From positions 7,812,001 to 7,876,000 of the forward strand of contig NC_043017.1 of the NCBI RefSeq assembly GCF_006345805.1: DNA of 64,000 nucleotides. Direction: 5' to 3'. Below the pieces are notes generated by a model. The model made no database searches. It was given only the letters and a program-made list of their open reading frames with translations, and was not told where the DNA came from. The DNA comes from Octopus sinensis (taxonomy: Eukaryota). Numbering within the stretch: position 1 is the stretch's first letter; each line of letters opens with the position of its first letter. Position numbers and translations under genes: made by a program. Below are positions 53,036-64,000 of the stretch, in pieces.

Positions 53036-54532
53036 CACCCTAAAACAGAAATGGCTCCTTTGACAGGTTTCCATGCATTTTCTGTCAATCATATTTCATT
53101 TACATGTCTTCAGTCTACACAAGTCTATCATAGAAGACACTTTCCCAAAGTAATGTGAAGCTGTATCAAACCCAAAAGTTATGTAGTTGTGAAGTAACAT
53201 CCCCACCTACTTGCCTGGCAAGACGTGTAGAACAAAAGGAAGAACTGAGTGGATATTTAGTGCAATGTTTATGATAAATATTGCTTTTATAGATTAGTTT
53301 ATTGTACTGTATTTGAAAATAAAATTCAATCATTGCTATCATTTCAGCTAACCTCTTGTGTGCATGTGTGTGTCTTCCCATCTCTCTGTATACACACACA
53401 CACAAAGAGAAAGGGGAACACACATACACACACACACGTGTGTGTGTCTCTCTACATTTTTCTGTTTTTGTTTATGTGCAATGCTTGTGTAAGTGCTACT
53501 TTATGCAGCAAATGGATCATCTTGTTATATTCAGTGCTTCAGGAAGATTACATGTTCTCTCTTCAATTTTTTTTTTATCAGGTATCTGAAGGAAACCAGG
53601 ACTAGTCCTGTCAAATTCTTGTGATTTATTTAAGATTAAATTTTCAAAAATGTAAGAGAAAAATTCAGGCAAAATTTGACATTTTGTTTCCATGAATATA
53701 AAATCATTTAATCAAAATGAATGTAATAGTTGTTTGGGTTTTATTTATGGCAACAATGTATGTCAGTTTAATTATAAATATCTAGATAATTCTATATTTG
53801 AAATATACTCTATTAGCACCTTTGTTTTACTAGTGATTGTTGAAAAACTCTTGACCTAGCTGCTGAGAAGTCTGTTTTTCATTTCTTTCTTTACTATAAT
53901 TTAATTTTCCTTAAATTGTTTATATATTTTGTATGTTTCTTTAAATCTGTGTAAAGTAATGCTTTCTTTCATTTCTGCTGAAGAAATGATTGCTAGAATG
54001 TTCTATTTTCTATTATTATCATAACTGGGATAAACCCTGAAAGATCTAGTTTACACTTTGATAAATTATCTCTACAACACCTTGAAATAGAAACCAGGAA
54101 CATTATTCATTAAGTTAGAATTGAACATATGATGGCACACATCTTGAATTTTGTAAAAATTGAGTTAAAAATCAATGTGTTATTTGTTTGATCAGATGAC
54201 TTATTACTGAGTAGATCTACAGATAAATGGCCTGTCATGTTTGGCCCATTAATAAAACAATTCTCACACATTATTGTTCACTTTCTTCTTTTTCTTCTTT
54301 TGGTAAAGGTCTGCTGGTTGTTGTATAAGAGCAGCAGCAGCAACAACAACGGCAATGATGATGATGATGTTTTTTGTATCTGTCTTGCCTATCATCTGTA
54401 TTTAATTGTACTCAGTAAATAGAATTGTTTTAACTCACTGACATTGTTAAATTGTTAATAGCAAAAATGAAAAATTGCTAAAATACCTTTATTGTCTAAA
54501 CACACATACACACCATTGTGTTAAAACTAAAT

Positions 54533-54564
<32 letters not shown>

Positions 54565-55907
54565 ATTATCTTTATATACACTCACCAAAACTGCGTAATT
54601 CATGTCATCATATGCATTCATACAACATTCAAACTGAATATTCTTTAAACACATAGACAAAAGCCTAAATACACAAAATGAACTTGGTTAAAATATATAA
54701 AGCACATGTACATACATGCAGATATCTAGGCACACACACACATACATGCAGATATCTAGGCAGAGACATACACACGTACAAGTAGACATGCATACATATA
54801 CACATACATAAACAGATGTGCATGCGCACACACACACATGCACACACACACATGCACACGCATGCACACACAAATAGACATAAAGAGAAAATTCACCTGA
54901 ATCTTGCAATACAATACTTTGGACATGATAAAAAAGTAAAGAGAAAGTTAAGATTAATTTTTCATTTTACATTTAAGATTATTAAGTACTTTTTTTTTAC
55001 TTGTAATATTAGATAAAAATTAAGAAATAACAACTTATTTCTCAAGATTAATATTAACGAAATTATGAAAATTGATTCAGTTTTTGTTAATGAATGGCTT
55101 TCTCTTTAACTAACGAGTTTATAGAACATCTGAATTGATGAACATTCTAATGGTAGCACAAATGTTGGTGCAGTGAGACTCACAAAGACTTTTCAAAATT
55201 ATTTGCATCTAATGAGCTTAATCTTTTTGTCATTTACCAAACAACAGATCATATGTTCAGTTAGTGTTTGATATGGTGGATCACTTCTGATATATTTTAA
55301 TCTTATGACCTCATCAGTGAATGCATGGACTCTATTAGAATTTATAATTTAATTGTCTATATTTCAAGCAACAGTAGACTGTGTCTTTTAACTCTTTGCT
55401 GACCATGTGTCTTTACTAATGACTTGTTTTGTAGCTATAAAGCAAAAATGCCATGCAATATTTAGCATTAGCCATTTACATTTTGAGATCAAATCCCACC
55501 GAGGGTAGTTTTGCCTTCCATTCTTCCAGAGTTAACAAAATAAAGTTTCAATCAAATGTTTGGACCAATTTCATTAACTGATGCTGCTATTCTCCAAAGA
55601 TTCTTCAAGCAATGGGATTATGACTGCGAATCCTGAATGAATCTTCTCAGTTGTTCTTGGCATTTGACAATGGCTGAAACTAAATCCCAACAGTCAAAGT
55701 ATTCCTATGAGGAACAGTAAACTGAGGTATTGCTACCTTTTAAAGACATAACTGTGGAATAGTACCATTAAAATTCTGTTATGAATGAGATATGGAGTAG
55801 TGTGTGTGATTGTGCCTGACTGAAGAAAAAGAAGATGACTCAGTGTTTCAGTTAATTTTCCAAATAACCAAGATTTTAGAGAAGTTTAGTGGGGTATAGA
55901 TGCCCAC

Positions 55908-56061
55908 ATGGCTGTGTGGTTAAGAAGCTCACTTTACAATTACATGGTATTGGGTTCAGTCTCACTGTATAGCACCTTGGGCAAGTGTTTTCTACTATAA
56001 TAGAAGACACTTAATCCAAAACCACATGGTTGCAAAGTTAGCTTCTTAACCACACTGCCAT
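55908..56061. repeat. Inverted pair of SINE heads (fold-back)
   Basis: atggctgtgtggttaagaagctcacttt.. is paired with its near reverse complement ..aaagttagcttcttaaccacactgccat. Confidence 0.8.
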
Positions 56062-57034
56062 ATATAAAAAAATTATAATTTTCCTGACACTACCTTGTAT
56101 CTGCCTTAGCTTCAAATATCTGTGAACTTTTCTTCATTTTCTATGTTTAATGTAATTATTTCATTAGTGTAATTGCTTCACTTGAGCTCAACCTTGAAAG
56201 TTAACTGACCTATAACCAAATATGTTTCAGTTGTGACCATGTTGTCTTTTATTCAGGATTCAAATATATGTTTTTAGTTGGGCCACACTGGCCAATGTGA
56301 CTTTTCTTTAGGATGAGCAGGATATTTGTAGATGATTTGGCTGCTATTTCTATCAGATTGAATGATTACAAAGGGTATCCCTTTTCAACATTGATTTTCT
56401 TTTAAAGGTTAGCTGTCCAACTGAACTTGAATTTTCCTATTTTTTTTTGTAAACAACTATCAGGCAGTATGTCAATTTGTTTTATTCCAGACTCTCACAA
56501 TAACCTCTGCCTAGTTAGATATAACTCAACCTTCTAGTTGAAGTGGAAAATGGTTCCAACCCATACTTTATGACACGGATTTTTAAGATGACTTTTTCAT
56601 GCAGAATATATTTGCTTACAAAATGGGACAATTGGATGTGACTGTTCAGATGTTGGAATTTGACATTACTGACTAGACATTGAAACCATTTTGGCAACAG
56701 TACTTTAAAGCACTTGAGGCAAAGACACACATGTACTTGCAGACACATACACATTCAGAAAGAGAAAGTGAGAGAGAGGGAGAGTGATATTACAGTTTAT
56801 TAACTTTCACTCTCCTCATGCACATAAAGAGAAATACGCTCACACACAAACAGAGAGAGAAATAGGGAGAGAGAATGAGAGAAACATTAAAATGTTTGAT
56901 GACAATAGGTCAGCATTGAATCAGTGATGCCAAATATGTGGGGCCAAAATGGCTGCACCAAAACATCTCATACTCAAAAGTTTTGCTTAAAACTTTGTAA
57001 TGATTATATATTACTCTTAAAAAACTTTAAAACA

Positions 57035-57241
57035 TTATACCCTACCTCTAAGTAAATTCAAATGATTATATCCTACTTCTTGGTAAATTCAAATTATTAT
57101 ACCTTACCTTCTGGGTAAATACTAACTATGACAGCAGAACAGTAGAATCTTAGGAAACTAGTGATTGTCTGTCGGCAAACAGTGACTACAAAGAGTTGCA
57201 AACTTTTTATTCAAATTATTATTCCTTGCCTCAAGGTAAAA
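57035..57241. repeat. 31-bp minisatellite (3 tandem copies plus 1 detached copy)
   Basis: Unit ttat(a/t)(c/t)c(c/t)ta/g..gtaaattcaaat at 57035, 57066 and 57097; a related copy at about 57210-57241. Confidence 0.7.
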
Positions 57242-57834
57242 TTGTATTTGTATCTAATCAAAATGAATGAATAATTATCAATCTGATTAATCTTACAAAT
57301 TTATGATATTGAATATATGTTTATGATTTTTAAAATTTTTTAGAAAAGTTTTACTAAAGACGGTTTAAATTTTTCTCTTAAAATAGTTTTAAAATACAAA
57401 CAATTATTATAGATGCAGTGCTCTAGCATAACCACAATACAATAGTTGGAATGAATACATGTATACAGATATTGCTGTGTGGTGAAGAAGTTCACTTCAC
57501 AGTTTTATAGTTTCAAGTTTGATTTCCATTATGTGGTACCTGCGACAGTCTGAGATTGACCAAAGCTTAGGGAATGAAGTTTGGCAGTGGAAAAATGTAG
57601 AAGCTTACCGAGGAGACTGTTCTCTGTTTTGGGTGATAGATTTAATCCATCAGCCAGTTTACATCATCACCAAGTTCTTGGGTACCTTTAGTAGAGTCTA
57701 CTGTGTTGCAAACATTCAAGCCAGGCCTCCAATATGAAGATGGCCTCCCCACTTCATTCACTAGTCTCAGAATCTCTGAAGAAGTGTCATAGAGGCTGCC
57801 TCCCTTCTCTGACTAACCTATTAAACATGCATGC

Positions 57835-57866
57835 ATACACACAAGCATGCGTGCATGCGCACACAT

Positions 57867-57907
<41 letters not shown>

Positions 57908-57990
57908 CACACACACACACACACACAAACGCACACACACACACAACACACACACACACAACACACACACACACACACACACACAGACTA
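57835..57990. repeat. (CA)n microsatellite
   Basis: Directly visible. Confidence 0.97.
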
Positions 57991-58189
57991 AAAAAATCTA
58001 CAACAGAGGCTTTTCATAATTATATATGTAAAACTGTAGGTAAATATGTTGAATCAGTTTGCTAATGTGATTAAAAAAAAAACCCATAATTTTACTTGAG
58101 TTATATGCAAGCTTTTGATATCAAGAACTCATTAGCAGATCATATGATACATTGTTATATCTAATTAGTGGTTGTAGAAGTTTGGTGTT

Positions 58190-58600
58190 AGCAGCAGCAG
58201 TTACAATAATGGTTTCAAATTTTGGCACAAGACCAGAAATTTCATGGAATGAAGTAAGTCAATAACATTGGCCCTAGTGTCCAACTGGGATTTATTATAT
58301 TGACCCCGAAAGGATGAAAAGCAAAGTTGACCCCAGTGACATTTGAACTCAGGGTGTAAAATCAGAAGAAATGCCACTAACTATTTTCTCCTGCTCAGTA
58401 ATAATTCTGCCAGCTTGCCACTTTAGCAGCAGTTATAATAATGGTTTCAAATTTTGGCTCAAGGTCAGCAATTTTTTCAGTAGGGGTGAGGGTGGGGCAG
58501 TCAAATACATTGACCCTAGTGTTCAACTGATACTTATTTTATTAATCCCAAAAGGATGAAAGGCCAAGCTGACTTTGGTGGAATTTGAATAATAATAATA
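58190..58600 (-). mobile_element. Tandem dimer of the second SINE family
   Basis: The junction tagcagcagtta(c/t)aataatggtttcaaattttggc occurs at about 58190 and again at about 58424. Confidence 0.75.
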
Positions 58601-58769
58601 ATAATAATTGTTGTTGTTGCTATGGGCTGTATTCCCTTTAACTAGTCTGACTTAAAATCTCCCAGGGACTAATAATCTTGAATGTTGAACATTACATAAT
58701 TCTTTTACTGGTCTCAATTATTGGACTACAGCCATGCTAAGGTACTGCCTTTCTAGTCTTTTACATTGA

Positions 58770-59055
58770 TGCTAGTCACAATGTGCTTCCAATTCTTCCT
58801 TGATTGTGCCCTTCTTTCCATCTTGTCCCAAATTCTTCAGCTAAGTTGTCTTCCTTTCCCCATTGCCATGGAGGCATTCTAAGTGGTCCTTTCTGATCTC
58901 TTGGATAACACTTGTCAACTGCACAGGCCCACCTTTTACCTGTGAACCTTGTGACATACCTGGCCTAGCAGAACTAGTCCTTTCGGTATTCTCTGATCAT
59001 GTTCTCCACACTGTTCCATTCTTGAATTACCTCATTTTGGATATGCTCTTGCAAT
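58770..59055 (-). mobile_element. Decayed RTE-1-type LINE ORF 3' fragment
   Basis: Manual translation HIQNEVIQE..IREYRKD*FC*ARYVTRFTGKRWACAVDKCYPRDQK.. resembles RIRNEEIR..KWxWAGHVARxxDNRWxxxVxEWxPRxxKR. Confidence 0.6.
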
Positions 59056-59599
59056 GATTTTCTTAGCATAGATCTTCTGCACAGTTTCCATTTACCAAAT
59101 TCCACTCACAAGACATTGGTCAACCTGAAACTATTGTAGTTGAAGACACTTGCCCAAGGAGTGCTGTGCAATGGGCTCAAACCTAGAGCCATGTGGTTTT
59201 GAAGCAAATTTCTTCACCACACAGTCATGCCTGTAATTGAATATATTATTTTTTCCTTCCCCTTTTGTAATGAAGACTTACAGCAACAATTAAAAATACC
59301 CTCTTCCTCACTTTTATCCAATCAAGTGTTACACTTGCCAGGGTCTTCAGTACAACTGTTTTGGTTTTTTTAATCTTCATTAATGTAATTTCTCCTTTCC
59401 CCTCTCTCTCCTTGAGCCTCAATATGATGTTCTTTTACATTGAGTTAGAATGCAGTACAAAGCCATATTGAATAAAATGTTCCCTGACATGATAGCCGTA
59501 TTATGATAAAAACTGGAGTGAAATCTGTACCAGTCATCAAATTAACAGCTTCGGAAGACGGGGAAAGGAAAAAGAGTGCAGGAAAAGATACGTAGTTAA

Positions 59600-59796
59600 G
59601 TAGAGAGTTAGATAAATAGGATAGATGAAGAGAGACAGAAAGATTAGATAGGTTGGTAGATATAAAGATTAGGTAGGTAGATATAAAGATTAGATAGGCT
59701 AGATAGATATAAAGACTAGATAGATATGCAGATTAGATAGAATAGTAGATAGATAGATGGATAGATAGATAGACAGATAGATAGAGATAGATAGAT

Positions 59797-59838
<42 letters not shown>

Positions 59839-60060
59839 CAGAGGGAAAGATTAGACAGATATAACGATTACGTAGACAGATAGATGGAAAGATGAGATAG
59901 ATAGATAGATCAGAGGGAAAGATTAGACAGATATAAAGATTACATAGACAGATAGATGGAAAGATGAGATAGATTGATAGATAGATGGTTGTAAAGATTA
60001 GATGGAGAGAAATAGCTGTAAAGATTAGAAAGATAGATACTTGGAGAGATAAGGAAATTA
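59600..60060. repeat. (GATA)n-rich satellite with a 72-bp internal duplication
   Basis: cagagggaaagattagacagatataa..gatggaaagatgagatag at 59839 and 59911. Confidence 0.9.
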
Positions 60061-60083
60061 CTGTTGGGTAGTAGCAGAGGAAG

Positions 60084-60115
<32 letters not shown>

Positions 60116-60272
60116 TAGAGGGAGAAAGAGAGAGAAATTGCTATTGGGTAGTAGTAGTAGAGGAATATTTTAAAGTGCGCAAGTATGTGTGTGTGTGAGA
60201 GAAAGCGAAAGATAGAAAGATAGAGAGGCATTGCTGTTGGGTAGTAGCAGAAGATATCAATATGTGTGACTC

Positions 60273-60307
<35 letters not shown>

Positions 60308-60929
60308 AAGAGGAGGGAGGAGAAGGGGGAGAGGGTGACTGCAAAATTAAGAAAAAAATATTACGAGCAGATTAAACAGAGCAATGTTGTGTTGTTATTT
60401 ATCGTAAAGACCTGTAAAAAGAAGTGGCAATCAGTGAGTTTAGCAGTTCTATATTGATTGTATAAACATTGTTGCTCTAGGTTTAGTCTTATTATATACA
60501 GCTTACAACATACACCGTTCCTGTTGTCACTTTCACAACTATCACAACTGAGCAGCAGTAGCAGCATCATGATTGTGATGGTGATGATGATGTTGATGTT
60601 AACATTAGTGTGACTCTTTTATGGCATTTTGAGGAATATTGCTAAAAGTTGTTGTACTCTCTCTTCATTTTCTTTTTCATCTCTTTTGATCAATGAAGCA
60701 TCATCATTGTCATAGATGTAGCCTTCATATCACTGGAAGCAGTATCAGTGTCAGAAGCATTATAGTCATCATTAATCATAATAGTCATTATTGTCAGCAC
60801 TACCTGTCAGCATTATCATAGTCATCATTTTCATCTTCATAGTTATTATCAATAGTGTATTTTCTGCGACCACCATCATCATCATTGTCAATTTCTTCTT
60901 TCAAATTCATGATTAATTTTTGTGAATAA

Positions 60930-62720
60930 ATTGTATTTCTAAAAGATGCAATATTCACTACTTACCATTGATGAGGTATTGGAAAATTTAAATGGATCAT
61001 GCTTCCTTTTAAAACTGGATCTTAATTCCGGCTATCATCAAGTAGGATTAGATCCATCAATGCATCATATAACATTTATTTCTTTCAGCAGATTATATTG
61101 GGGTGGGTGGGAAATCATTGGAGTAATAGACAAGTTTTAAAATTTCAGGATTTAAAATCACTGCATAACATCTACAATATTATCACACTTTAATACCAGT
61201 TCTGTTGAGTTGGACACCATATCGGTGCACGATTCCAAGAGGTGAATACCATGTTATTTCCTATGCTTCCAAAATACTTTCAAAAATCAAGCACTGGTGT
61301 TATAAAACTGAAAAAGAAGACCTTTTGTGGTATGGATATGTGAAAATTCCACATTTATCTGTATGGAAGACTGTTCAACATTTTTAGTGACCATCAACGA
61401 CTATTTGATATAAAAGCAAAGCCTTTGTCAAGAATACTTTGCTGAAAACTTAGATTGATGTCCTGTGATACTAACTTCAGTTAGTATCACAATCTAACAT
61501 ATTGCAAATGTAATTTCTAAAGCTATAGTAACTTTATCTATCTTACTAAAACTTTGAAAGGAAAACTCAACTATCCAAGCAATAGAAGTACTGTGAACTG
61601 GTGAATGGAAAAAATCCAGCTACTAGTATTTATTTGCCTATAAAACAAGAGCTTATAAAGAAATCAGATATCATTCTTCAAAGAAATCGAATCATCATTC
61701 CTTTTGTGTTAAGAACAAAAGTATTAGATATTGCCCAGGAATGTCATGTTTAAAAAAAGCAACTTCCAAGAAGTAAAGTGTGCTGGGCTAGTATTGACAA
61801 AGATAAAGTAAAAAATTGTTTGATATGTGTATCACTTGAACTGTCTGAGCTGTTAAAATCCTTAATAATATCTATAATTCCAAATATATGGGAGAAACTG
61901 CATGTGGATTTCAAAAGTCTGCTACCCATCAGAAAATCACATTTAGTTATTCTAAATGTAGCATGTCATGCTGGCTTGAGATATTTGTCATGAAACCAAC
62001 TGGAACTCATAATTGGATCAGTTGTATAGAATTGCTTTTCACATTGTGGGGAATTCTAAAAAAAGTATCATTTATGATAGCGGTCTACAATTTATAAACT
62101 GTGAAGTATATTTAGAATAACGATGTATAAAACATTGAAGAATTTCACTTCCAAGAATTACATCCCCAAGCAATTACTCAGTAGAAAAGTTTGGTAGAAC
62201 CATTGCAAAGTAATGAAGTCACAAATTCAAAAGACAGACAGTGGAAGGAAGAAACTTGGAAGTCTTCATTGTTTGTTTATCAACAAAAATAACAATTTCT
62301 TTGACTATGAAATTGCCTCTTACAGAACTTCTACATTTTGAAATTCCTGTAGCAGGAAAAAACAAAACAAAACAAAGAAAAGAAAAAAGTAATAGATAAT
62401 AGAGGTAAAGACAATAGAGCAGAATCTAATATGAAATATTTTCCTGATCAAAATACTAAGTACTTGGATGTTGAGTGGGTGAGTGTGTTCTCTTGAAAAA
62501 TTGACAACCAGAAAAATACCAGCCAAATTTTAATTTGATTCAGTTTATAGTGAATAAGAGAAAGGTTAGATTCATTTGATTATGTATCATGTTGATGGGT
62601 TAAAAGCATTCATGTGACCATATCTGATATCAAACCTTGGGAAAGTGCAAGAGGCCCTTATAATATATGGATCCTTATTGAAAGCTAGAACTTGAATTTA
62701 GCTTCAGGAATGAATCAAGC
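60930..62720 (+). mobile_element. Heavily decayed Ty3/Gypsy LTR-retrotransposon pol (partial RT, RNase H, integrase)
   Basis: LTIDEVLENLNGS..LKLDLNSGYHQV (RT); VISYASKIL..KTEKE (RNase H); RNRIIIP..VLDIAQECH and KVCWASIDK..CLIC (integrase zinc-binding region); WEKLHVDF (integrase core). Many stops and frameshifts; most of the RT is deleted; no LTR pair found. Confidence 0.85.
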
Positions 62721-64000
62721 GATGAGAGTGTTGATGACAGTATCAAAGTGTTGCAAGTCAGCAAACCTGGCCAGTAATCACTTATGCTGTGGTAAAGCTT
62801 ACATGGATTTACAAGAATAAACAAAGGTACGCTAACGATCAAATATAGTCCTTAGTGCGAATGCAGTATATAAAACAAATGGGAAAAGAATATAACATTT
62901 GTACAGCAGCATTGCATGCTTCACATGATTTACATACTTGGTATATCATGTGACTCAGTCCAATGGTCAGGTGATCAGTGCTATTTAACGTGGTTACCAG
63001 TTTGATGAAAGAAGCTCAGTTATTCAATTGAATAAAGCTTCCGGATGTAAAGAACCTCTTGCAGTCATGGCTGTGTTTGGAGAAACACTTTGCAGTAGGA
63101 CTTACGTTTACAGACCTGAATAAATATATTAAGGACGTGTGTGTGTATGTGTGTGTGTGTGTATTTGTGAGTAATCACACACACAAATCCTTCTCACTTT
63201 ATACTTGACAATCATTCATTTCTTATCTTCACTGTCAACTCCCTCTCTCTCATACTCTTTCTCTTCGTATGTCTGTTCCTCCTCTGACTTCTAGTTTATC
63301 TGTTTTTACTTACTTTTTCTCTTTCTGCTTCTCACTCTCTCTCTCTCTATCTCCTTCAGTCTTGATCTATCCAATTACTATATTGTTCACTATCTGCCTC
63401 TTCCTTCATCTCCTGCAGAAATAAACTCCCAACACCATACTTCAACCTGAAACTAAACCCTCTCTCTGTCTTACTGCAACTTTTTTTTTCAACACTCTTC
63501 ATCCTTAAAATGAAAAATATCCCCATTCTGAATGCAAATAGTAGATGGATCTCTATTAGTTTCCACAATGAGTGTGCCAGTTGCTAGATCAAATGGATTA
63601 TCTGCTCACAAAAGATTGAGTATTCCACAGACATTCCTATACTTAACATAATCTTCAGGTAGAATCAGTGTAATGCTGTGTATGACAAAGCTGGATTGTT
63701 AAATTACAAGTACAATCCATTCAACAGACTTGCACAAAGTTTAAATCTGACCAATTTCACTTTCAAAGCATGGATCAACCCCAGAGAATAGGATTGAACA
63801 TACAACCTTGTGATTGTGAAGCAGACTTCTTACCCACTTGTTAACCACTTGGTCAGGCCGTGGCTATTTTTCTGGATGCACACACACACACACACACCAC
63901 ACACACACACACACACTATTTTATTCTTGTACTAGTTCCAGCCATTGGACTGTATCATTCTGGAGCACTTCTTGAGGACTGTATATACACTACTTTATTT

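Noticed and set aside
62880-63060. 3' LTR of the Gypsy remnant after a PPT-like gggaaaagaa
   Set aside because: No matching 5' LTR upstream of 60930, and the TG..CA termini are not clear.

Overview
This is AT-rich, microsatellite-dense eukaryotic DNA, mostly intronic or intergenic. The SINE and LINE-tail families resemble those I know from Octopus (coleoid cephalopods); that assignment is an inference. Almost all short ORFs in the track are translations of dinucleotide or trinucleotide repeats. Recognisable mobile DNA comprises one young 5'-truncated RTE-clade LINE (about 8.84-11.05 kb), many decayed RTE/CR1 fragments, at least three SINE families, a TTAA MITE, a non-autonomous Helitron-like element and a decayed Ty3/Gypsy pol. 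Two coding features stand out. (1) An intact, intronless 457-aa ORF (40094-41467, +) has the CxxC..CxxC zinc finger, leucine zipper and SGNH-esterase architecture of CR1/L2-type LINE ORF1 proteins, but no ORF2 follows it. It is a candidate domesticated LINE ORF1 gene or an ORF1-only non-autonomous element. (2) A 241-nt minus-strand exon (32846-33086) with good splice sites encodes a His-rich stretch and two hydrophobic helices resembling TM1-TM2 of UNC-93-like MFS proteins; I could not find its neighbouring exons. Also noted: a pre-miRNA-sized hairpin, two similar putative promoter/first-exon modules 22 kb apart, and several unusual repeat structures. Transposon boundaries are approximate and were set by eye.
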